Below are positions 1-7,973 of a stretch of DNA of 28,183 nucleotides, one piece after another. A program made the translations under genes and the position numbers. The stretch covers positions 1-28,183 of the forward strand of contig JBBTWW010000134.1 in assembly GCA_038062595.1 (NCBI GenBank), read 5' to 3'. A model generated the notes under the pieces. That model was not told where the DNA came from. It ran no database searches and saw nothing but the letters and a program-made list of their open reading frames with translations. Each line of letters opens with the position of its first letter. Positions within the stretch are counted from its first letter, which is position 1. This DNA comes from Patescibacteria group bacterium (GTDB lineage: Bacteria > Patescibacteriota > Gracilibacteria > UBA1369 > JBBTWW01).

Positions 1-303
1 CGCAAGCGCAAATGCTTCGGGCAACAACGCATCGAGCGTCTCGCCTTTTGAAAGAGAGGAAAACTGCGCGCCGACCACGCTGATAGCACGTCCACCGAGT
101 CTGAGCATGGCAGTTTCAAAAGAAAACCTCGTACGCGTGGACGGTTCGTAAAAAAGTGCGCCCATTACCTTGCCCGCCAAGATGTCTGACCTTTTTTCTT
201 TTTTCGCTATAGCCTCAAATTTCTTTGCATTTTTCAAAACCAGTTCGACATCACCGCGGGCAAACTGTTTGGCGGAGAGGATATCGGCTCCAGTAAATTC
301 CAT
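1..303 (-). CDS. pyrB: Aspartate carbamoyltransferase catalytic subunit, N-terminal part; runs off the window start, last ~11 codons look SecA-like
   Basis: Not in the ORF track. Manual translation from ATG at 303: MEFTGADILSAKQFARGDVELVLKNAKKFE...GKVMGALFYEPSTRTRFSFETAMLRLGG...SSLSKGETL. F-x-E-P-S-T-R-T is the ATCase/OTCase carbamoyl-phosphate motif, and SFETAMLRLGG/SS..KGETL are PyrB-typical. Divergent from carA. Confidence 0.9.
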   Translation of the reverse strand, partial: MEFTGADILSAKQFARGDVELVLKNAKKFEAIAKKEKRSDILAGKVMGALFYEPSTRTRFSFETAMLRLGGRAISVVGAQFSSLSKGETLDALLPEAFALA

Positions 304-356
304 ATGCCTTACTTTAACCCAAAACCTGCCATTAAGGAAAGTGATTTTTTATTAGC

Positions 357-386
357 TTGCCAGCTCGCCCGCCCACGCTCTACAAT
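357..386 (+). promoter_or_regulatory. Putative sigma70 promoter for carA (leaderless)
   Basis: TTGCCA (357-362), 18 bp, TACAAT (381-386), 7 nt, ATG at 394. Confidence 0.55.
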
Positions 387-393
387 CATGCAG

Positions 394-1470
394 ATGGCAC
401 GCCTGATTCTGGCAGATGGGACTACATATGAAGGTAAACCGTTCGGCGCAAGCTCGAGCGGGGCGGGCGAGGTCGTTTTTAATACCGGGATGGTGGGCTA
501 CCCCGAGTCTTTTACCGACCCAAGTTATGAAGGCCAGATACTGGTACTCACCTATCCGTTGGTCGGCAACTATGGAGTTCCGGCGGTCACCCGCGACAAA
601 AACGGCATTTTCAAACATTTTGAAAGCGACCGTATTCATATCCGCGGCGTTATCGTGAGCGAGTACTCGGAGAATTATAGCCACTGGCAGGCAAAAAAAT
701 CTCTGAGTGCGTGGCTGGCTGAGAACAACATTCCCGGCATCACCGGCATAGACACACGCGCGCTCACGCAAAAACTGCGCGAACATGGAGTACTACTGGG
801 ACAGATAACGCAGGATAGGAAAAAACCGTCAAAAAAAATTGCAGACCCAAATGTAGAAAATCTCGTCGACATCGTCAGTATCAAAAAGCCAAAAATCTAT
901 TCGGCGATCAGCGGTGGCAAGAAACGCATTGTTATATTTGACTGCGGCATGAAGAACAATATCTTAAGAAGTTTCGTAAATCGCAATGTAAACGTTATCC
1001 GCGTGCCGTGGAATTATAATATATGGGACGGCAAATATGAATTTGACGGCGTATTTATATCAAACGGCCCTGGCGACCCGGCGATACTAAAAGAACATCA
1101 CGCCTTACTCAAGCGGTGTTTTGATAAAAAAATCCCGACATTCGGTATCTGCCTCGGCAATCAAACCATGGCGATCGCCGCCGGAGCAAAAACTTTTAAA
1201 CTCAAATACGGCCACCGATCTCAAAACCAGCCATGCACGGATGTCACCACAGGTCGATGTTATCTAACTTCTCAAAACCACGGCTACGCCATAGCACCGA
1301 ATACACTGCCAAAAGACTGGAGCGTCTGGTTTGAAAATCAGAACGATCAAACGGTCGAGGGCATCCGCCACAAGCGCCTCCCGTTCTTCTCTGTCCAGTT
1401 CCACCCTGAGGCTATGCCCGGCCCTACTGACACCGGCTTCCTTTTTGACCAGTTTCTCTCTCTAATATAG
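394..1470 (+). CDS. carA: Carbamoyl-phosphate synthase small (glutaminase) subunit
   Basis: GEVVFNTGMVGYPESFTDPSY, GIDTRALT, SNGPGDP, nucleophile GICLGNQ, TSQNHGY, QFHPE. Homology begins at MARLILADG, so the start is 394 (or 388) rather than 304. Confidence 0.96.
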   Translation: MARLILADGTTYEGKPFGASSSGAGEVVFNTGMVGYPESFTDPSYEGQILVLTYPLVGNYGVPAVTRDKNGIFKHFESDRIHIRGVIVSEYSENYSHWQAKKSLSAWLAENNIPGITGIDTRALTQKLREHGVLLGQITQDRKKPSKKIADPNVENLVDIVSIKKPKIYSAISGGKKRIVIFDCGMKNNILRSFVNRNVNVIRVPWNYNIWDGKYEFDGVFISNGPGDPAILKEHHALLKRCFDKKIPTFGICLGNQTMAIAAGAKTFKLKYGHRSQNQPCTDVTTGRCYLTSQNHGYAIAPNTLPKDWSVWFENQNDQTVEGIRHKRLPFFSVQFHPEAMPGPTDTGFLFDQFLSLI

Positions 1471-1498
1471 TTGTGCCGATACCACAAGGTGATATAAT
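1471..1498 (+). promoter_or_regulatory. Putative sigma70 promoter with extended -10
   Basis: TTGTGC (1471-1476), 16 bp, TGA-TATAAT (-10 at 1493-1498), upstream of ATG 1541. Confidence 0.5.
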
Positions 1499-1540
1499 AG
1501 CCGGCGATGTGCACATTTGCTATTTTAACCCACTTCACAC

Positions 1541-3922
1541 ATGAACGCTTTTAGAAAAGTGCTCTCTGTTTTTGCGTTAACCTCGCTAATTGCCGCAACG
1601 ACAGCTGTACAGGCTTCCAGCGACAAAAGTGCGGCAAATTTTCTAGCCGCAAAAGATGCAGTAGCCGCTATTACATTTATGCTCCCGTCCTCGCTAAAGC
1701 AGAGACTGAGCCAGTTGCTCGACACGATTCTGGTCGAAAGCGAGACACAGGCTCCGTCACAAAATCTTTTTATAAAAAAAATACGTGAGGGCGCGCCAAT
1801 CCACCTCGGCGTAGGCAAGGACGCGCAGAGTCTTGTACTCCTGGTACCGGCAACCGATGCCGAGTGGCAGGTCGTGATAGAGGGCGGTGCGGTACAGGAG
1901 ACACACAATGGTACCGACATTTATCTAGACTCATATAACACACCTGTCGCATGGAGCGACGGATTCATGCTCGTCAGTGAGAGCGCAGAATCAATAACCG
2001 CCGCACTGGACGCATCATCCGGTAGCGTCGCATCGCTGGCCGGTGATGCAAACTGGCAGGAGGTATCCGCCGACATGCTTGATAATCCATTTTTCTCCAC
2101 ATACTTCAGCCTTGCATCATTGGGAGACCTCATTAAGCAGTCTCTAGGTTCGAATGTCACGCCGGCAAATACCGATGATCTTTTGAAGATACTGGAAAAA
2201 GGCGGCGTATCGGCACGCGAAACCAGCGACGGATATGAGTTCAAAATGTCCATGTATGGCGACAAAGATTATATGACGGCAAATAATCTGTCATACAACA
2301 TGTCAGGCACTTACTCGCCGAGATTACATACTAAGATGCCAAATAATCAGGTTATTTTTTACACCTCTGCGTATAATACCAAGGCGGAATCCGAGATGTC
2401 CGATAAGCTCGTAAAAGACATAACCGGCCAGGAAACCGCTTTTCCTCCGATTGATTTCTCAGACTCTCTCGGTATAGACGTAACACTGGATATGAATGAG
2501 GATATCTACGGCATGCTGACGAAGGAAGTTGTATTTGCAATGCAAAGAAATCCAAACAACGTCGTACCATTTGTAACATTCATGGCTGATGTATCCGACA
2601 CGCGTCAAAAGGCGTTAAGTTTTGTTTCAAAAATGGAACAGGTACTGGATGCTGTAATGGAGCAAAACACGCCGGGCGTGTTTAAAAAGAGCACAAAAAC
2701 AATTGGCGGTAGCGAGATGCTCCTCTATACGATAGATCCTACAAAAGAGGAAAACTTTGACGGGCCACCCATGAAGCCATTCCCTCTTCTCATCGGTGTC
2801 ACTTCGGATAATATCCTTTTGATAACCTCTGATCCTGGAAAGGGGGCTGGATTCTTTTCAAGTGAGGGTTTACCGGCATTTACCGGAGACAACATCGCCG
2901 GCTTTGCCTATCTCAACATGAGAAATATATGGGACGCACTCGACGGATTCATAGCATGGGCTGAGGAAGTCGGCGGCGGCATACACGGCCCACCATTGGA
3001 TTTTTATCAGGGATACTTCACAATGCTTGAGACTGCCTATGGATTCTCAGACGCACTATTCCTCAGCGAGGCAGAGACTGCAGAGGCGCACGTCACTGTC
3101 TCAATCCATACGGATAACCAGAAGCATCAGACATTTGAGGAGTTTTCCTCGGTAATGAAGTCGCGCGATACCGACGGCGACGGTGTCTCGGATTATGACC
3201 AGCGTTTCCGTTATGGTCTGTCGGTAATGTCATACGACAGCGACGATGATGGTGTATTTGACTCTGCGGAGATACGCGCCGGTACGAATCCAAATGGCGA
3301 GGGACAGCTATTCAGCGATGTCGCTCAGGATGAGTGGTATACGGAAGACGTAGGTGATCTGTACGTGCGCGGAACTGTAAAAGGATATGAAGACCAGACG
3401 TTCCGGCCGGGTGCTCAGGTGAGCAGACGTGAGTTCACCACGATGGTTGTCAGGGCGTTTAATACAGATCTGGAAAAAACTTTTGGACTAAAAGTCAGCC
3501 TGTCCGGTACTCCGGAGATCTCCCCTTTCTCAGACCTCTCACCAAATGACTGGGCGTATGAATCCATCATTACGGCACAACGCCTGGGATTTGTGAACGG
3601 CTATAGCGATGGCACATTTAAACCAAACGATCCGATCTCACGCGCAGAGGCCGTGGCCATACTAAATCGCGCATCCAGCGTACTTCAGAAAAATCAGCTC
3701 GGTGCGATAGTGATAGAAGATCAAACCGATCCATCTCAATGCGAATTTAGCGATTCTTCAGATGCCTGGTATACAGACTCGGTGAATAACGCGTGTGCGC
3801 TCGGCGTCACAAAGGGCAAAAAGCCCGGCGAGTTCCGCCCATTGGACAAGGTGACGCGCGCAGAGTCCGCCGCGTTGATCAAGCGCGCCTTGGACGTAGA
3901 GTTCGCATATGGCGATTACTAG
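1541..3922 (+). CDS. Secreted S-layer-homology protein: signal peptide, DUF3352-like region, DxDxDG Ca-binding repeats, three C-terminal SLH domains
   Basis: Signal peptide ending AVQA. Repeats DTDGDGVSD and DSDDDGVFDSAEIRAGTNP. Three SLH repeats (FSDV..W..GYEDQTFRP..VSRREF; FSDL..W..GYSDGTFKPNDPISRAEA; FSD..W..G..FRPLDKVTRAE). The DUF3352 assignment is by resemblance only. Confidence 0.85.
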   Translation: MNAFRKVLSVFALTSLIAATTAVQASSDKSAANFLAAKDAVAAITFMLPSSLKQRLSQLLDTILVESETQAPSQNLFIKKIREGAPIHLGVGKDAQSLVLLVPATDAEWQVVIEGGAVQETHNGTDIYLDSYNTPVAWSDGFMLVSESAESITAALDASSGSVASLAGDANWQEVSADMLDNPFFSTYFSLASLGDLIKQSLGSNVTPANTDDLLKILEKGGVSARETSDGYEFKMSMYGDKDYMTANNLSYNMSGTYSPRLHTKMPNNQVIFYTSAYNTKAESEMSDKLVKDITGQETAFPPIDFSDSLGIDVTLDMNEDIYGMLTKEVVFAMQRNPNNVVPFVTFMADVSDTRQKALSFVSKMEQVLDAVMEQNTPGVFKKSTKTIGGSEMLLYTIDPTKEENFDGPPMKPFPLLIGVTSDNILLITSDPGKGAGFFSSEGLPAFTGDNIAGFAYLNMRNIWDALDGFIAWAEEVGGGIHGPPLDFYQGYFTMLETAYGFSDALFLSEAETAEAHVTVSIHTDNQKHQTFEEFSSVMKSRDTDGDGVSDYDQRFRYGLSVMSYDSDDDGVFDSAEIRAGTNPNGEGQLFSDVAQDEWYTEDVGDLYVRGTVKGYEDQTFRPGAQVSRREFTTMVVRAFNTDLEKTFGLKVSLSGTPEISPFSDLSPNDWAYESIITAQRLGFVNGYSDGTFKPNDPISRAEAVAILNRASSVLQKNQLGAIVIEDQTDPSQCEFSDSSDAWYTDSVNNACALGVTKGKKPGEFRPLDKVTRAESAALIKRALDVEFAYGDY

Positions 3923-3956
3923 TATCACATAGATCTTAAGGTAAATGTGACCGGCG

Positions 3957-4958
3957 ATGAACCGGTCACATTTTCTTAAACCCATCATGATAAAAGCTTC
4001 CATGCTATACGACATCGTAATCTTTGGATTTCTAACCCTCGATATCGCCGCTATTATCGCCTTCGTCATCCAATTTGCGCGATATGGGATGAAGCTTTTT
4101 ACGCCAATCCCCACTCTCGTTTTTCTTTTCCTGCTAATCTCCGGCGCCGTTATTTTTTATGGCAGTTTTATCGCGCCACACAGACTGACTGTAACCGAGC
4201 AGGAGATTTTTTTAAAAAACTCCGACAAAAATGAACTCGAAAAACCTATGCGCCTGGCGCTCATATCCGATATTCATGTCGGGCCGTACAAGAATGCGAA
4301 GTTCGTGGAAAAAGTCGTGAACAAAATCAACACGCTTAAGCCGGACATAATAGTGATCGCCGGTGATAGCGTTTTTGGCGACGACTTTGATATCACTCAG
4401 TTAAGCCCACTGAAAAACCTCTCCGCGCCCATGGGAGTATTTGGCGTACTTGGAAATCACGATTACGAAGACGGCTTCAATGGATCGGTACGCGATGGAA
4501 TACTCGACGACTCCAGTGGTAGGGCTGGGAAAGTGGCGGCGGGACTGGGAAGCCTCGGCGTACGTGTATTAATAAATGAATCGGCTGTGATCGGCGGCAA
4601 CATTGTAATAGGCGGCGTGGATGAAGTCTGGACCAATCGCGCGGATGTGACCAAGACATTTGCCAATTCACCAACGGAAACTGGTATCATGCGAATTCTG
4701 ATTGCACACAATCCAGACATAATCCTCGCATCAGACTTCATGTCAGCAAAAATAGATCTCGTGCTCGCCGGACACACACACGGCGGGCAGATCCGTCTCC
4801 CGCTCTGGGGTTCCATCCCACGTCTTCCGACGAGACTCGGCAGGAAATACGATCAGGGATTATTTGATAAACTTTTTATCACGCGCGGCGTAGGCGAAAC
4901 AGGCCCGCGTGCCAGACTATTCGCGACACCTGAGATAGCTCTACTGATATTGCGCTAA
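3957..4958 (+). CDS. Membrane-anchored calcineurin-like metallophosphoesterase (YkuE-type)
   Basis: Two N-terminal hydrophobic segments; motifs SDIH, GD, GNHD, HNPD, GHTHGGQ. Start could be 3957, 3987 or 4002. Confidence 0.9.
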   Translation: MNRSHFLKPIMIKASMLYDIVIFGFLTLDIAAIIAFVIQFARYGMKLFTPIPTLVFLFLLISGAVIFYGSFIAPHRLTVTEQEIFLKNSDKNELEKPMRLALISDIHVGPYKNAKFVEKVVNKINTLKPDIIVIAGDSVFGDDFDITQLSPLKNLSAPMGVFGVLGNHDYEDGFNGSVRDGILDDSSGRAGKVAAGLGSLGVRVLINESAVIGGNIVIGGVDEVWTNRADVTKTFANSPTETGIMRILIAHNPDIILASDFMSAKIDLVLAGHTHGGQIRLPLWGSIPRLPTRLGRKYDQGLFDKLFITRGVGETGPRARLFATPEIALLILR

Positions 4959-5317
4959 GAACCAGTCGCTTCATCTACTCTACTGGCAACTCTGCGAGCG
5001 ACATCGTCACCGGCACGATCTGTTGCTAAGCTTCGTTTTAACGTAAAGACGATGTGAGGCTCCGGTCTTGTTCTGGCTTTTGAAAAATCAACGCCAACTT
5101 CACCCCATACATGATCATCTCCAACCTTCAATTCCCTCATAGCATCAATTACCTGCCCTACGCTGACAATATCAAGCCCCTCTCCGTTTTCAAGAAAAAA
5201 TGGCAAAACAACCGTATTCGCACTATCGCTGGCCTCGTCAACAGCGGCCGAGATGGCATGTAGCATCCTATTGGCTGACGCACTTATTTCACCGGATTCA
5301 CTTGGTCGAAAAGGCAT
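4955..5317 (-). CDS. Hypothetical protein (120 aa orphan)
   Basis: Fills the gap between two genes, its stop overlaps the convergent phosphoesterase stop, and it has its own consensus promoter and TTTAAT leader motif. Confidence 0.7.
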   Translation of the reverse strand: MPFRPSESGEISASANRMLHAISAAVDEASDSANTVVLPFFLENGEGLDIVSVGQVIDAMRELKVGDDHVWGEVGVDFSKARTRPEPHIVFTLKRSLATDRAGDDVARRVASRVDEATGS

Positions 5318-5349
5318 AACAACATTTGATTAAATATTAACTATATCTT

Positions 5350-5378
5350 ATGATAACATCTTAATGGCTATCTGTCAA
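5350..5378 (-). promoter_or_regulatory. Near-consensus sigma70 promoter for the 4955-5317 orphan
   Basis: Minus strand: TTGACA (5378-5373, overlapping the TGA stop of the upstream gene), 17 bp, TGT-TATCAT (-10 at 5355-5350). Confidence 0.65.
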
Positions 5379-7177
5379 GGTATAAGCGGGAGCACCTGCT
5401 TCAGGACGGTTTTGAAGTCGTAGCGGAATGATATCGTATTTTTACTGTCCTTTAGGCACTCGAAGATGTTGTCGATTTTTTGTGAAAAAATAGTCCAGTC
5501 GACAGACGACGACCTCGAGGTGGTCTCCTTGATCACGCTATCCACGAAGCGCTGTACGTCCTGGTGGGTGAGGCGCGCGTCGTATACCTGTGGTGTGCGC
5601 GATAGCGCACGACAGTAGTCCACAACCGCGCGCGCATGCTCGTATGCTACACCGTCAGGATCCGTCGTAGTATTTGCACTGTATGGGAAACACGCAGTGA
5701 TTACGTCCGTCGCCTCTACGCACTCGTCACGTTCCGTCGTCAGCATCGTGCCAATCCTGCCCTCCCACTGGCCACGATTGTATCCGCGTGCGAGTATTTT
5801 TACTCTCGCTTCAAGATCGCGCGCAGAGCTCCAGAAATCCTTCCAGCGATACATTCCTTCCCACAATTCTCGATCTGTATAATTCAAGAAAAGCCCGGCA
5901 ATAAAAGTAGCTGGGCCAAAAGGCTGGACCAGTCCGTAGTCATCATCGGAGTCGAAATATTTTGCATTCCTGGACTTGATATCCTGGAACGCGGCACTGC
6001 CGATTTGATAACAGCCATTGGTATAATCACAGTTCGCACGTGACTCTTTGATCGCAATAGCCATGAGGTAATTCGGATTCACATCGAGCTTTTCAGCGGT
6101 ATACGCCAGCGCCATAGGCCAGTCGGGAGATGTGTATTTGAAATCAAAAGCCTGGCCCCACACCGAGGGGAGACGAACTTGCCCCAGCCACAATTGGGTC
6201 TCATGGGCGTGTTTTGAATTCTGATATGCACAGTACGGTGCGGCGGTAAAAGCATTCGGGTCGGCCACTGGGGGCGTAATACCAAGCACACGGCACGCGA
6301 GTGCACTAGCAGAACCGCTACCGGCCGTCCCTCCGGCCGTCCCGCTAGCCGAACTATCAATGGAGCCGCTTGCTGATCCATTTGTCGAACTTTCGTCATT
6401 TTCAACTGAAGGATCGTCAATGTCGCCCTCAATCTTCGGACCGGACCCGTCAGGGTTGAAATCAACCTCCGACGATGGTCCGCGCACGAATCCTGTCGGC
6501 CCGTCCTGTGTAAACTGCCACACGCGATAAATAATCTCCGCAAACTCCGCGCGCGTCACAAGCTTGTTCGCCACTGTCGTGGCGTCGATGAACTCAAACT
6601 CGCGCGCGGTTACAAAATACGTGTAGTACCACTCTTCACTTTTTCCCATAAAATCCTGTGGTCTATTCTTATATCCCAGCGGCACGTCCCACTTTGCACG
6701 GAGATAGCTGATCGGCGCTATGTGCTGTATACCAAATGCATCAATAGCCATGCGCAAAGCCTCTGTGACGATAATTTGCGAACCGGGACGAAACTCCAAC
6801 GTACCCGGATATCCCTTGAGCCAGCGGTTGCGGTCATTTTTTCCAAAGCACACATGCCGCGCAAACCACTGCTCGGCCACATCCGAAAAGCAATTTCGAT
6901 TTTGCACCGCATCCGGCTCCACACCTCCCGGCGCCAGCGCACGCACGATCATCGCCGCCGCCTCTGCGCGGTTGATAACTCTCGACGGCCGAAAAGTCCC
7001 ATCCGAATATCCCTCCACAAAATCCATCTCCGCCAGAGCCTCGATAGCCGCAAAATTCTCATGTCCATTCGACACATCGGGAAAGGCCGCTTCGGATCTA
7101 GTAACAGCAAACACAACGCCTTCCACCGGCATCAACAGACAGACGAGAACACCGATCAATAAGCGCTTCATTGCCAT
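5375..7177 (-). CDS. SLH-anchored protein with Ser/Gly linker and C-terminal lysozyme-like (lytic transglycosylase/GH23-like) domain
   Basis: Signal peptide from MAMKR. SLH repeats (FPDV..GYSDGTFRPSRVINRAEA; FSDV..W..GYPG..FRP; degenerate third ending VTRAEFA). Linker STNGSASGSIDSSASGTAGGTAGSGS. C-domain LDVNPNYLMAIAIKES..GCYQI..GYNRG. Start moved from 7228 to 7177 on signal peptide and -10 position. Confidence 0.8.
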   Translation of the reverse strand: MAMKRLLIGVLVCLLMPVEGVVFAVTRSEAAFPDVSNGHENFAAIEALAEMDFVEGYSDGTFRPSRVINRAEAAAMIVRALAPGGVEPDAVQNRNCFSDVAEQWFARHVCFGKNDRNRWLKGYPGTLEFRPGSQIIVTEALRMAIDAFGIQHIAPISYLRAKWDVPLGYKNRPQDFMGKSEEWYYTYFVTAREFEFIDATTVANKLVTRAEFAEIIYRVWQFTQDGPTGFVRGPSSEVDFNPDGSGPKIEGDIDDPSVENDESSTNGSASGSIDSSASGTAGGTAGSGSASALACRVLGITPPVADPNAFTAAPYCAYQNSKHAHETQLWLGQVRLPSVWGQAFDFKYTSPDWPMALAYTAEKLDVNPNYLMAIAIKESRANCDYTNGCYQIGSAAFQDIKSRNAKYFDSDDDYGLVQPFGPATFIAGLFLNYTDRELWEGMYRWKDFWSSARDLEARVKILARGYNRGQWEGRIGTMLTTERDECVEATDVITACFPYSANTTTDPDGVAYEHARAVVDYCRALSRTPQVYDARLTHQDVQRFVDSVIKETTSRSSSVDWTIFSQKIDNIFECLKDSKNTISFRYDFKTVLKQVLPLIP

Positions 7178-7203
7178 ACCGGAAATATACCACAAACATC
7201 GGA

Positions 7204-7785
7204 TTAGATCGACCGCGCGGTTGAACAACCCGTATCAATATTATAATCCGTTCGCTGGATCACGACGATGGCTTGGTTTCCAGATGCAATGGGGCTGTAG
7301 TTGAAGAAAAGTCCACGAATCCTGAAGCCGGGATTGGAGGACTTGGCAACAGGAGGGACATATGTTCCTCCATTCGTTCCAGTTGCCCCAGGATAGATGA
7401 CCCCATATTGCTTTCCGCCTACGTCGAATGACATTACTCCATTCCTATCAACGTCAACAAATTTTACTGTCTGACCCAAATAAGAAAGGCTGTCGTATGG
7501 TCCGAATCGCGCAACTTGGTAAGGGGGGTCGTTAGGGCAACGATCAGCGGCACCAACAACGCCATCAAAATCAGAATCCAAAAGAGCGCTGTCCACAAGT
7601 ACGAAGCCTCGATTACCACGACCGCTGTCACGAGCGCCGCCAAAACCAAAAGTATCGCCCTTGTAGAGACCGTACTTTCCAAGGAAAGCAGCGAGAACGA
7701 TTACCACCACCGCAATACCGATGCCAATTTTCGTACGTGTTTGCATAGAAGTAGATGTTACCGAACTGTATAAAATATGTTCCAT
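7204..7785 (-). CDS. Single-pass membrane protein with a thrombospondin type-3-like Ca-binding motif
   Basis: TM segment IGIGIAVVVIVLAAFL; DSDFDGVVGAADRCPNDP motif; start supported by a leaderless promoter. Confidence 0.7.
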   Translation of the reverse strand: MEHILYSSVTSTSMQTRTKIGIGIAVVVIVLAAFLGKYGLYKGDTFGFGGARDSGRGNRGFVLVDSALLDSDFDGVVGAADRCPNDPPYQVARFGPYDSLSYLGQTVKFVDVDRNGVMSFDVGGKQYGVIYPGATGTNGGTYVPPVAKSSNPGFRIRGLFFNYSPIASGNQAIVVIQRTDYNIDTGCSTARSI

Positions 7786-7791
7786 ACCGTT

Positions 7792-7820
7792 AATCTACCC
7801 CCCCAACACAAAAAAGCAAA
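7792..7820 (-). promoter_or_regulatory. Putative leaderless sigma70 promoter
   Basis: TTGCTT (7820-7815), 17 bp, TAGATT (7797-7792), 6 nt, ATG at 7785. Confidence 0.55.
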
Positions 7821-7868
7821 TGAAAAATAGTTGTGCGTGATAATCACAAAAACTGATCAGAACTAACC

Positions 7869-7931
7869 TTTCATCTTTTTTCATAAATTTTTCACAATTT
7901 TTTCATAAATTTTTTAGAAAAATTTCATATT
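7869..7931. repeat. Degenerate tandem array with 11-bp period, consensus TTTTTCATAAA
   Basis: Units at 7877 TTTTTCATAAA, 7888 TTTTTCACAAT, 7899 TTTTTCATAAA, 7910 TTTTTTAGAAA, 7921 AATTTCATATT, plus a partial TTTCAT at 7869. Confidence 0.85.
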
Positions 7932-7973
7932 CGCCTGCTACACTTAAAAACTACAACTTATAAAACACACCTG

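Noticed and set aside
304-393. ORF-track start of carA at 304
   Set aside because: Abuts the divergent pyrB ATG and contains both promoters; CarA similarity starts at MARLILADG.
7178-7228. ORF-track start of the SLH enzyme at 7228
   Set aside because: Overlaps the upstream gene and the -10 element; the signal peptide begins at MAMKR (7177).
7869-7931. CRISPR array interpretation of the repeat
   Set aside because: 11-bp units with no spacers and no cas genes.
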